A DNA stretch of 63,484 nucleotides, counting the filler, from Reticulomyxa filosa (Eukaryota; Protista; Foraminifera): assembly GCA_000512085.1 (NCBI GenBank). It is 19 parts of 19 records of this genome, joined end to end, with 100 filler letters (N's around TTAATTAATTAA, not from the genome) between each part and the next. Parts side by side here need not be neighbours in the genome. Positions count along the whole stretch, not along the records: positions 1 to 2,938 come from ASPP01001313.1; positions 3,039 to 5,972 come from ASPP01012975.1; positions 6,073 to 8,675 come from ASPP01003688.1; positions 8,776 to 9,928 come from ASPP01028209.1; positions 10,029 to 11,978 come from ASPP01026996.1; 14 more parts are not named here. One strand, 5' to 3'. Shown piece after piece: positions 1 to 11,600 of this stretch. The stretch's first letter is position 1, and each line of letters opens with the position of its first letter. A program made the position numbers and the translations under genes. A model generated the notes under the pieces. It did not search any database, was not told the DNA's origin, and saw nothing but the letters and a program-made list of their open reading frames with translations.

Positions 1-1160
1 AACGAATTGTATTATCCCATGATCCAGAACATATCACATTTGAAATACCACTACTATTCTTTATTACAAATGGTGAATATTCAACAGACCATACAATACT
101 TGTATGTCCATTAAACAATTGAACTTGCTGACCAGATCGAATATCCCACAAACGAACACTTTTATCTGCAGATCCAGATAATATTGTGTTAAATAATTCA
201 TTGGATCCATATTTTACACTTCTCACAATACTTGTATGTCCTTTGAATACATTGAGTTGTTTGGTTGTTTCAATATCCCATATTCGAATGGTTTTATCAA
301 ATGATCCAGAACAAATTGTATATCCATTTCCACCAATCACACCAATATTATTCATTTTATCATTTTTATTTTATCATTTTTGTTATTGCTTTGTAATGGT
401 GAAATATCAACACACCAAACAGTATTTTCATGTCCATTAAAAACATGTAATGATTTTAATGTTTCAACATCCCATAAACGAATTGTTTTGTCAAATGACC
501 CAGAACATAAGTATCTACCACCATTAAATGATGAAAATTCAATACCACAAACACAATCAGTGTGTTCATTGAATATTTGTAATTGTTGATTATGTTTGAA
601 ATCCCAAAAACTAATGATTTTGTCACTTGTTGAAGAACAAATGACATGTTGACAATGATTATGATAATGATATGATGAAAATTTCACACAATACACATTC
701 TTTGAATATCCATTTAATGATTGAACTTTTTTGTTGTTATCAACATCCCATACACGAACTTTTTTATCATTTGATCCAGAACAAATGAATTGACAATCAT
801 CGAGTATTGAATAATCAATACTCCACACAATATTTGTATGTCCAGTAAATGTATTTATTAATTTGGATGATGAACGAAATGTTTCAAACATGAAGATAGT
901 AGGTGCCTATGTTAAATAATTATTTTGATTGATCAAATGAAAAAAAATAATGAACTAACATAATTGACAACGAGTTTATCGAAATCTTTGATCCATCCTA
1001 ATTTAATGTTTAATGTTCGAATCCAATAATGAATAATGATTTGGATCTCTTCTTCTTCTTTTGACTGTTTCAATCACGTGTTACAACGATAAGTAAAATA
1101 AAGAATAAAAACTTAAAGACAAGTTGAGCTCAACTTTGATTGATAAGTTTAAGTTCATTC
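1..1160 (-). pseudogene. WD40-repeat protein of the expanded family; frameshifted and truncated at the window edge
   Basis: Repeated GH...WD units ([50 protein letters not shown]). N-terminal exon reads EEEIQIIIHYWIRTLNIKLGWIKDFDKLVVNY. GT-AG intron at 907-959. A 14-bp tandem duplication near 355-382 shifts the frame, and the probable first exon contains a TGA. Confidence 0.85.
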
Positions 1161-1242
1161 TTGTAACTTTTTTTAGTTTTCTCTTGAGATAATTTTTGAT
1201 GAAAAACTGCTTGAACTTTTGTTGACAAAAGGAAAAACTGAA

Positions 1243-1470
1243 CTAAGAAACATTTTGAAATGGAAGATAACTGTTACAGTTTGTAAAATATTTGTGCATC
1301 ACAATAACCAGTAGCAATTTGATGTTTTTGAGTAGTTGGCCAAATGGCATATCTTTGTTTATATTTGTTTTTTTCATTGTTGTTTGATTAGAAGTTGTAT
1401 TATTTTCACCACGACAAGCATCAACAATAAATATTTTTGGAAAATCTTTGAAAGATTCCATTTCATAGAA
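1243..1470 (-). pseudogene. Caspase-like (peptidase C14) catalytic-Cys region, fragment
   Basis: YEMESFKDFPKIFIVDACRGEN matches the caspase PK(L/I)F(F/I)xQACRG strand-plus-Cys motif, with D in place of Q. No catalytic His segment is visible. Confidence 0.75.
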
Positions 1471-1499
1471 TACTTAAAAAAATTATCTTAAAAAAAATT

Positions 1500-1970
1500 C
1501 CAAATAATCATTTTCAAATAGTTCCACCATGTTATTACATTGATTATATTTATCAAATATTTCATCAAATCCGTCCATAATAAATATAAATGATATATTT
1601 TCACGAATTGCATCCATAATTTCTTTATTAATATATTTACCTGTTAATGCTTGTAAAATAATATCTCTTTCATTATTTTTATTATAAACTCTTGGAAAGG
1701 AAATGTAAACAGTAATTAGTAGTTTGGATCATTTTTATAATTATTCCATAGTGCTTCTTCCAAATGACGACAAAATATGCTTTTTCCTGATTTCCCTTGA
1801 ATTATCATCCCTTTTTTTTTATACAATGACTATTGTTCTTATTTTTCACTTGTTTTCTTCTTTTTCTTCCAAAAATGCAAGTACATGTTTATGACAATCA
1901 TATGTGTTTTCTTTTTGCTTTTCATTAGCTTTTACATCCTCATATGCATAATTATTTGCTTGTAAACCAA
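1500..1970 (-). pseudogene. Degenerate NACHT-like STAND NTPase fragment
   Basis: Manual translation gives MIIQGKSGKSIFCRHLEEALW (shortened Walker A), then ITVYISFPRVY, then SFIFIMDGFDEIFD (NACHT-type Walker B hhhhDGhDE). Stops and frameshifts lie between the blocks. Confidence 0.7.
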
Positions 1971-2151
1971 ATCTCTATCTAAAATAAGTGAGTTGTTTAG
2001 TACAAGGAAAATATTGTTGCATTAAAACAAGAGAGGGTACTCACTCAAGCAAATATGCAAATCAACAAGTTAACAAAAACTACAAATCCACTGAGTAAAT
2101 GTATTATTATTGAAAAGTATTATGTAATGGATATTTTGTGTTTAATTTAAC

Positions 2152-2880
2152 ATGACAAGGATGGAAAGAAATGACGAATCGGAAATAGTAAGAGAGCTGT
2201 CTATTTACGTGTTGTGGAAGATCTTAAACTATCCTAAAAAGACAAAATATCGCCAAATCAATAAGCAAGCCCTATATGACAACTTACTGCGTAGATGTTG
2301 TCAACGAAATGTCGATATAGATAAAGTAATGGCAAATATGGAGCGCCGTTTAGAGCAGTGTGGCTTTGGAATAAGAGCAGAAGATAGAAATTGGTATTAT
2401 CAAAAGGATATGCAGTTATTAGGACTGTGGAGCCAGTATTGCGAATGGATGGACATGCAGCATATGTATTCATTTTGTAGCTACTCTCTTTTTTTATCCA
2501 AATGGCAATACATATAAAAATAACAACAAGAGGATATATTATTATTATTATTTTGAAAATAGGCATGGAATGGAGGGCGTGTTAAAAACAGTAAGTATGC
2601 TGGGAAATAGAAAATGGAGTGAGTATTCAACTGTGTTTGATTATGAGCACCGAAGAATTGTGTTGTTTGAAAACGAAAAATTGAAAGTAACGACATTGCA
2701 AGTTGGCAATCGAAAAAATTTGTCATTGGAATTGAATGTTGATATTAAATACTATAATGATTTTTCTGATGTTAATACAAGTCAAGGCAAATGGGCTTGT
2801 CTTTATTCTCAATGATACGTGGCATTTTGGTATGACCGATAATATTACAAGAGATTGTTTTGCAAATTGTTGCTCCGTTA
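2152..2880 (+). CDS. Hypothetical protein with PUB-like N-terminal domain (spliced, 3' partial, possibly degenerate)
   Basis: LWKILNYPKKTKYRQIN resembles the PUB motif (NI..P...KYR.I). ORFs 2152-2517 and 2570-2815 are separated by an AT-rich intron-like gap ending aaatag at about 2562. Confidence 0.5.
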
Positions 2881-2938
2881 ATTAAAATCAAAAACACACA
2901 CACTCTTTTTTTTTTTTTTTGTTTTTAGGGAAGGGGGG

Positions 2939-3038
2939 NNNNNNNNNNNNNNNNNNNNNNNNNNNNNNNNNNNNNNNNNNNNTTAATTAATTAANNNNNN
3001 NNNNNNNNNNNNNNNNNNNNNNNNNNNNNNNNNNNNNN
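2939..3038. other. Artificial contig-joining linker (44 N + TTAATTAATTAA + 44 N), first of 18
   Basis: The same 100-bp spacer, with stops in all six frames, occurs at 2939, 5973, 8676, 9929, 11979, 17536, 18677, 34781, 36154, 40356, 41531, 43344, 45758, 47164, 50699, 54720, 60943 and 62043. Confidence 0.98.
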
Positions 3039-3363
3039 CAATAACAATAACAATAACAATAGCAATGACAATAGCAATGGCAATATGCTCAAGTTGAAGA
3101 GATCTTCTCTTCATCACTTGAACGATGTGTTCGATGTTACTACTACCACTACTACTACTACTACTACTAGTGCTACTGGTGCTACTGGTGCTTCGGCAGA
3201 CTCGTCTGATCCTCATTATTCTCCTTCTGATATTCTTCTCAATGCGCTCAATCATCATCACACTCTTTTCAACCAAATACGCATTCCCGCTTATGCCTAT
3301 TTGAGACCCAATCCTAACGATCCCACCTTGCGTACTCAGAACAGTACTCTTGCGTCGCAATAA
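3039..3363 (+). CDS. 3' fragment of a hypothetical protein with low-complexity tracts
   Basis: Open frame from the contig start to TAA at 3361-3363, with a poly-Thr tract, higher GC than the flanks and an AT-rich UTR-like region after it. Confidence 0.45.
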
Positions 3364-4246
3364 AATTTATACATTTATGTGTAAGGGAAAAAGAGAAAGA
3401 GAGGGGGAGGGGGGGGGGGAAAAAAAAAGGATAATTTGCAATACATCTTTTTTTGTTTCTTTTTTTTTGGTTTGGCCTGGTTTGTTGCTCGCTTTTTTTT
3501 TGTGATATAGTGTGTGTTTTTACCTTTCACAATGCAATCATACTTTCACGGACAACTAATATATCACAAATTAAATACTGCTGGGATCTTATTTTTCATA
3601 ACTTGGAGTTCATATAAATCATACATACATAAATAATATTTCCTCCTCTCTTTCTCTTCTTTCACACGCAAAACTTATAGACAAATCCAAACAACAGTCA
3701 AAATGCCTCGCTGACTATTGCATATTCTGCTTTTGATATGTTGCACTTAGTCTGTGTTAAAATGTTGACGAACTGAAGTATATTGGCCTTAATTATATCA
3801 GTTTGTCACAAAATGCTGCGAGTTAGCATTACAGCTTGTTTCTATTTTGTTTTTATTCTTTTTTACTTTATTTATCTGCTTTCTTTATTTTTATTTATAT
3901 TTTCTTCTCTTCTATTTTGGTTTTAATTCACATGTTGTAATGTTCAAATTAATCTAACTCATTTTTAGTTATTTTGCAGAGTCGATGACACCTGAAACAA
4001 AAATTTAGTATTTGGTTAACTAACAATCAACTTTAAAAATATTGCAAAACTTGTTTCTTATTAAAGCAATTTCAATACTTTATTTTTGCAACGTATGGCA
4101 TTGTATCACGTGAGAAAAAGGGTTTTGATACTTTACCAAGTCGGGGACTTTTGAGTGGAAAAGTTTTTCCTTATTTCATTATTGCTCTACTTGTTATTCT
4201 CTACCATTTTCTTTAGATAAGAAAACAAAGTAAAACTCGAGCAAAG

Positions 4247-4480
4247 ATGCCACATAGAACAGCCCAGGACTTAAAAAGACTGGAAGAAGAAAAGAAAGAA
4301 CTAGAAAACGAACTAAATATGCTTGATAATACCGACAAACCAGAAGAGGCAGCCAATGCGATAATCGAATACGTTGCAAAGAGTAAAGAACCCCTCTTGG
4401 AGCAGGAGAACCCCTACAGACCTGCGCCGGGATGTTGTCAAATGTTAAGTAAATGTTGTGACGTATCACTAACTACTTGA
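4247..4480 (+). CDS. Heterotrimeric G-protein gamma subunit (GGL domain)
   Basis: 77 aa. N-terminal coiled coil HRTAQDLKRLEEEKKELENEL, helix PEEAANAIIEYV, EPLL (DPLL-like) and ENPY (NPF-like) motifs, Cys pairs near the C-terminus. Confidence 0.85.
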   Translation: MPHRTAQDLKRLEEEKKELENELNMLDNTDKPEEAANAIIEYVAKSKEPLLEQENPYRPAPGCCQMLSKCCDVSLTT

Positions 4481-5420
4481 CAAATCCCTTTTTTTTTTGT
4501 AAAAAAAATTGATCCTAATAAAATTGTTTTAAATACGAGCAAAATTACACGTTTTTAAAAGGTAATGATGGATGTGTACATACAGACTGTGAAGACATCT
4601 TCAAATGGAAAATTCCGTGCATTCTTTCGAGACAAGGAAGAAGTGTAAGTATTTGTTAAAAATGAACCGTAATCACAGATTGCAAAAACAAGTGTTCAGA
4701 TAATTTTATTCACGTTTGATCAAAATTGTTTATTTCCTTCTTTTTTGTTTTTTTTTTTTTGTCTTGTTCATTATTTTTTGGATTGTGAACGGCGACCTTT
4801 TTTTTGTGTGTGTTGGGTATTTACCCTATTGTTAAACAAAAGCGTTGCAACGGTGTGAAGTACATGCCTTTTTTCTCTTGTTCCTTTTATGATCATTTTT
4901 GACATTGTTGGCGTAAAGGAGCTGTCCATTCATAACAACTCTTTGCTTTATTAAACTCTTCTCAATCGTAGCATAAACAATATTCATTCATTGCAATTGA
5001 TTGGGCTTCCTTTCAATAAGGTTATTGTAAAATTATTTTAAGTGTTTTGAGTGTCGTGTACAAAAAGTTAAAGAAATGAATTGACTAAAAAAATGTGAAT
5101 TTTTTGTTAGCACAACCCTAGGGTTTTGAAATTGTTTGGAACATTTAATGAAGGTAAATTTAAATACAAAATTTGTCGCCTTTAAGCCCGCTTTAAACAT
5201 GCGATACCAATCAGTACTCTTGGTTTTTTGCTTAAAAACAAGCCAAGAGAAAAGATACTCTCTACATGAACAAATATGCTTTGTTTCATAGCGTCAATAC
5301 TAACTCAACAATAATATAAATGAATTTCAATTAACGTTTAATTTTCTATTGTTTAAGTGCCTTTCCATGTGATAAGAAATTGCCAACCAAAAACAGTGGC
5401 AAAATATTTAATCAAACCAA

Positions 5421-5972
5421 ATGGAACCAGACGCGGAAGGATTTATAGGATTTCGAATAATAACTCCAAATGAGTTCCCCTCAAAAAATGAGGCTGAACT
5501 TATCGCCCAACTGTGTGAGCAGGGCGATGGGAAACAAGACAAACCAGACAAGGATCAAAAGGACAACAAAGAAAATATCAATAAATCTTGTGCTGATATT
5601 CAGAAAGGAGACTCTTGGAGCCACAGCTATTGGAGCGAAAGTTTGAGTGTTAGTTACAATTGTAATTCTGGAGAGAACACTCACCACACAACTGAACATG
5701 AAACTCAAAACACTGCCACCCTCACCCCTAGTCGACGAATACGCCAAGCCTTGTTTGGGAGACTCAGGAGCAATCCAACTGTAGTTAGAAGCGATTACTC
5801 TAAATATCAGTACCATAACGTAGATAGAACTCCGCATCGCACTGTGAAAGGATCGTCCATTGTAAGCACATCAGATGAAAGAGGTGAAGAGGGAAAAAAG
5901 AGCGTAAAATTTTCTTTTCCATCTTTTGCAATTTGCGCCTCCAAGAAAAATATTTTTTCCAAAAAAAAAAAA
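5421..5972 (+). CDS. Hypothetical protein, 5' part
   Basis: About 180 codons open from the ATG to the contig end, with coding-like composition. No domain recognised. Confidence 0.5.
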
Positions 5973-7511
5973 NNNNNNNNNNNNNNNNNNNNNNNNNNNN
6001 NNNNNNNNNNNNNNNNTTAATTAATTAANNNNNNNNNNNNNNNNNNNNNNNNNNNNNNNNNNNNNNNNNNNNTTGTACTGAACTGAAAGATCCTTTTAAA
6101 TTAGAAAATATTTTATTAGAAATTAAATGAAAATTTAAAAATATTTATTTTGAAAAAATATTTTGTGTGTGTTTATATTTTTTATAAACTGGTCCATTTA
6201 TTATTTACAAGTATGAAAATTTGTTTATCTTCAGGAGCAAGACGAAATTTTGTCTAAGTATTATACCAAAAAATCAGTTTCCAATATTTCGTACTATTCA
6301 CAAATTTTTGCAAATAGTTCAATGTAATTTCTATATGTCATGTCTATTTTCATAACATGAAATCACATTATAAAAATAAAAGCACTTGCACGATATTTCG
6401 CAAACAAATGTTTAAGTTTTTTTTCACTTACATAACGACAGTAATATTACAAATCGTCTTGAACTTTTCCACTCCAACAAATACGACGATATTATTAGTG
6501 ATTTGTCAAAGACGACTTAATGACCTGTCTGAGCCACTATATAAAAAGATTTTAGATATAAAATTCAGACAAAATCAAAAGTTCACTTAAAAACAAAACA
6601 AAAAAAAGACAGAAATATTTGAAGTCCTTTTGTCAAGCTTGGCTTTTCTTGTGATAGTCAAGATATATAAATGCAGTAAACAAAGTGATTATTTTTACAT
6701 AAGTATGATTAATAATGTTCAAAAACATTTTTACTTCTTCTCTTTGCCTCTTCATTAAATTTGATAAACATAAAAATTATTTTGTACTACATATTTTTTT
6801 GTTAAGTGAAATCTTCATTTTATCTTTTTTTTTTACATAGTTTGTAATGAATAAGTAAAAACATTAAGAAAAAAAAGACGAGTCTTTTTTTTTTTAACAA
6901 AGAACAGTGTATGCAAAATTGGAATTGATGATGAAACATTTCATTTTACTTTTGAATGATCAAAAAGTCAACAAAGTGAGTTGATGTATTTGACTTTCTA
7001 GCACAATTGATCACCTGTTGATTTAATGGTAATGAGTTTATCCAAAAAGCAGTATTATTACAATTGTTGGGAGGAAATTTTTAAAAATGTGATAATGGAA
7101 CACATATCCACATGTTAAATGTTTTTTTTTATTAGCTACTTCTATCTGTATCCCTAGCTTGTCCGCGAAAATGTGTTAACAATTATTCGTTTGATCACAA
7201 CATAGTTGGAGTCGCAATGAGATTGGGGCAACATCTTCTAAATCGATACTGCGATCATGGTATTGACAGCAAACTCCCCTTGTGCTTTTCACAATGTCAG
7301 GCAAGAATGCAAATTCTTGCTTAGTTACAATAAAATTATTTCTAATTCTTATACCATCTTTGTGTATATAAAAAAAAATTAAATAACTGATTGTGAAAAA
7401 AGTAAACAAACTTTTCATATCAACCTTTTTTTCTACTTTCACTAATTCTCCACAACATCTTTTTCTTCAAAAAAAAAAAAGCAACAATAACAGTATATAC
7501 ACACATACACA

Positions 7512-7606
7512 ACATCCAACAAAAAAACAAAAAATTTTGATTAAATGTTGTTTTTTCATTGAGAAAATCATCCATCTTCAATAAAGTGTCAACTTTCATA
7601 TTACTG
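7512..7606 (-). mobile_element. Tc1/mariner-like TIR copy (degenerate)
   Basis: taaatgttgttttttcattgagaaaatca...gtgtcaacttt...ttactg|TA is the reverse complement of the TIR family seen at 34669 and 60743. Confidence 0.6.
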
Positions 7607-7929
7607 TATTTAATTTTAATTTAAAAAAAATTTGAAGTGTGTAAAAAATTTTGGTGTAAATCCAGAATTAATGTAGAGTTTGTTGAAGAAAAAAAAAGGA
7701 AGATTGTAGAAATATAGAAATTTCCGTTCAAAATTTACATAAATTACTAGTAATTTTGATCTCATTTTGGGGATAAATAACAAATTATATTGAAAAAGAA
7801 ACAAAATAGAGAAATTGTGATAGCAGCACAATATATTCTAGAGATAATAAGTAAAGAAAGTACTCAACTCGCAGCGAACTGCAGTATATCATGATCTAAA
7901 CATAACTCTAGTGTACCTATTGTATTTGC

Positions 7930-8105
7930 AGTATATCCAGACACTTTGTGTTGTGTTTGATATTAATACAAATGGATCGGATCCAGTAAATACATTCCTT
8001 GTTGTCAATTACAAAGTTCCAGGAAAGCTATAATCTTTTGGACAAAACAATGATGTTTTGTAGAAAATGAAAAAAATAAAAGATCAGTCAATAAAATATT
8101 TTCAG
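7930..8105 (-). repeat. Dispersed pseudogene-derived repeat (copy 1; copy 2 at 40838-40990)
   Basis: Shared core aaatggatc(g/t)gatccagtaaatac...caaagttccaggaaa...ataatctttt.gacaaa. Minus-strand translations are CPKDYSFPGTL*..VFTGSDPFVLIS and CLKDYRFPGTLL*..VFTGSDPFLLVS. Confidence 0.7.
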
Positions 8106-8636
8106 ACACTTTAAAAAAAAATCATGTAGCGTTCGATATTAGTGAAAAAACTTTGACTGATACGACATAAGTCAAAATATTAATTTGCAAAATGATATCA
8201 AGCGCCAATATATTATCTAATGCTTAAAAATACATTATTCAACATGTCAACGATCCAAAACAAAAAATGTATCAAAACATTTCTCAAAATTTCAAAATAA
8301 AAATATTATAGTTTTTTAAAAAAATAATTTATGATTGTGCTTTAATCTATATAATATACAATATCACTATATCCTGATTAATAACTATTTGCAGTTTAAG
8401 ACTTAACACTGAATTTTCCAACCATACACATGTGAATTACATATAGTAATCACATAGATGTCGAATATGTGTATAGTGTATCCATCTTAAACTAGTCTAT
8501 ATGATTGACAATCATATTTAATGTATAACAGTAGTGCCGTCATTATAAAGTCAGTTTATATTGCAACTATATTAAATCATATACAATTTGGATGCAATAC
8601 CCTAGTTGATAAATATATTATATATATAATGTTATA

Positions 8637-8675
8637 CAGTATGTTGCAAAGAAAACTGAACGCATAAAACATATC
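8637..8675 (+). mobile_element. Tc1/mariner-like TIR, cut by contig end
   Basis: TA|CAGTATGTTGCAAAGAAAACTGAACGCATAAAACATATC is near-identical to the copy at 60743 and to the reverse copy ending at 54901. Confidence 0.75.
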
Positions 8676-11600
8676 NNNNNNNNNNNNNNNNNNNNNNNNN
8701 NNNNNNNNNNNNNNNNNNNTTAATTAATTAANNNNNNNNNNNNNNNNNNNNNNNNNNNNNNNNNNNNNNNNNNNNTTTCTTCTTCATTGCCTTCATTTAT
8801 CATTCGTTTAATTGCTTCCAACCATATTTTTATTTTGTTGTGTTCCATCTGCACAATAAAATAGAACATTTTGTCTCTAAAAAAACCAATATAACAATAA
8901 TTGTTTCTTTGCTTATTGTTTTTACATGTCACCACTTACTCGATTTTTGCACCCAAAAAAAAGAATTGCGTATATAAGATTAATTTTTTCATTTGATTGT
9001 TGGTTTTTCTGATATTTTTTTTAAGTGGCTACGGAAAAACGAAAAAAACTTTAAAGCTAATTCCAATTTCAAAAAATTAATGATCAGATTAAGATAAGCC
9101 AAAACAAGATAGATTAACGCTAGTCGTGTAAAATGAGCTACAAAATATAACAATAGACTACAAAATCTAACATTTTTCCTAAAACAACTATCATAACATT
9201 CAAGTTATATTTTAATTTGGTTCTAGTAAAGAAAAATCGATGCTATTTGCGATTGCATTAAAAGTAATTTATGTGAGTATAAAACAAACATGCTGTTTTC
9301 TCTCTGTTGCAAAACAACGAAAGTATATCAAATATGACATACTTTCTTTTTCGTCAAACAATCTTAAATGTATTGCTTCTCCTCAAAACTGCCTTTGATG
9401 AAAATTTTTTCATTGCCTGATAAAGGTGTTGAACATATATTTAGACTTAGATTGATTTATTTTTCTGTGTTCAGCAATGCTTTTAAATTTCATATATTAT
9501 AATTCTACTGAAAAAAAAAAAAATTAAATTTCTTTTTTCAAATATGAAAACTCAATAATTTTTTAGATTACAAATAGATAATGATTTTTTAAAAAGTATG
9601 TATTGTGCAATTTTTCATAGCCATCCCATATATATTTATATTTCAAAATTGAATTTGTTGTTGTAGATTTATAAAAAACTGTTGCTTTAGTCAATAGAAT
9701 TTTATTTCATTGTTTATTTTTTTTTTTCGATAGATTGTGTACATAAATGAAATGAACGTACCATATTATTATCATCTTATATGCATTATACTCTTATTTT
9801 TTATAATGAATTAAAGCATAATAAATTACTTGCGATAAAAATATATTGAATCTCCAACACATATTATTTTCATTTTGTACAATTAATGACTCTTTTGATT
9901 TGTTTGAAATATTTCTATTTGTCATTCANNNNNNNNNNNNNNNNNNNNNNNNNNNNNNNNNNNNNNNNNNNNTTAATTAATTAANNNNNNNNNNNNNNNN
10001 NNNNNNNNNNNNNNNNNNNNNNNNNNNNGTTTTTTTTTCTTGAGGACCTTTCCTATGAAAACTTTAGAAATTAATACCTTCTTCACCGATGATTTGCAAC
10101 TATATATTTTCATTACCTAAGATTACAATATCTTAGATTGTTTTTTGTTTTCAGATATTGTCATTGTATTTCTTTGAAAGAATAGCTCAAAAATATTGAT
10201 TTTTAAAAGATTGATAATTTTTATAAGATATTTTCGTCAAATAAGTTAATTACATTAGTTTTCTTTGACATTGATTAAAAAAACGCCAAAATCAAACAAA
10301 CGAGCAAACTTTTGTCACCCTTTGCGATTGTATTGTGTTGAAATTATAATAAAAATATTTCGGCTAAATTTATTTTGTAATAAAAGATAAAAGCGAGTTT
10401 ATTGGATTTTTGAGAAACGTGACGTTCAATTCGAACTGCGATTATTTTAAGGGGAAAAAAGCACTCTTGAATAAATATTTTTATTTGAAAATATTAAACA
10501 ATACTTTTATTGTTTTCATTTAATTCAATTTAATAATTGTTAAAAAAATTAAATCAAATGAATGATTTAAAAGGTGAAAAAATTGAAAAGATAATTTGTT
10601 TGCAAAAAAGACCAAATGATCAGATTGAACAATGGAATATTACATTTGCTATTCATTTTTATAAATTTAAACAACACAAAAAAAGCACTAAAACCATTTT
10701 TAGAAAATCAAAACACAAATTTCAATAACTCAAAAAAAACTTTTATATTAAATCTATCGTGTTCTTGTCGTTCCTATTTAACAATTTCTCTTTCAGGATT
10801 CCAAAATAATTGAAATATATAAATATTATAATAGTATATCAGAAGATCTAATTTAGAAAAAAGGAATTTATCAAAGTGAACATTTTTTTCATCCATCATC
10901 ATCATTAATATGTATGTTTTTTTGTTGCAGTTCTTAAATCAAGACTTATTTATTTATCATGGATCCACGACAAAAGGTATTATTTTTTAGAACATGTACT
11001 TTGGCTTTGGTCAAGTTTTTTTGTTTTTGAAACGTGTTAGTATAGATAAAAGTATTTTTAGTGTTCTGATAAGGACATGAACAAGTATTGTGACATTGAA
11101 AACGAAAAGGACTGAAATGTCAACATTTTGTCTTAAGTTTTTGATTATACTTGACAGCGAATTTGCGCTAGGTTTTTTTGCATTTTGATTTAAGAAAATT
11201 ATAATTGAAAATGCGTCTTGCTTTTCCATTGCAAAAAGCAATACACTTTAAGGTATGGAAACAACACCAAAAAAAATCGTAAGTAATGACAAAGATAGAA
11301 TTTTTGAATGGAAGATTTTTAAAGAAAAATCAATGTCACAAAATCTATTTGGCTACCTTCTGAATTTTTTTAGAGAGCATTGAAAGAAAATCTTAATGCT
11401 TTAAAAACAGGAACGCAAATAAAATACACAGAAAAAAAAAAGGTTAAAAAAATTGGCAAATGTTAGAATAACGCGAAAAAGCGTGTGCAAAAAATATTGA
11501 AATTGAAAGACTTTGAAATTTTTGGAGTACCACATTTTGCTACTTCATTTTTTATTGCAATTGTCATTTATTTTCGCTTTCTATTTTTGTAGAACACACA

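Noticed and set aside
1-1970. One continuous Apaf-1-like NACHT-caspase-WD40 reading frame
   Set aside because: There are multiple stops, and the WD40 gene has its own family-specific first exons.
2983-2994. Recurring TTAATTAATTAA palindrome as a biological repeat or CRISPR-like unit
   Set aside because: It is always centred in exactly 44+44 N, so it is an artificial contig linker.
8776-8935. Fragment KIKIWLEAIKRMINEGNEEE as another NACHT-family piece
   Set aside because: It is too short and has no diagnostic motif.
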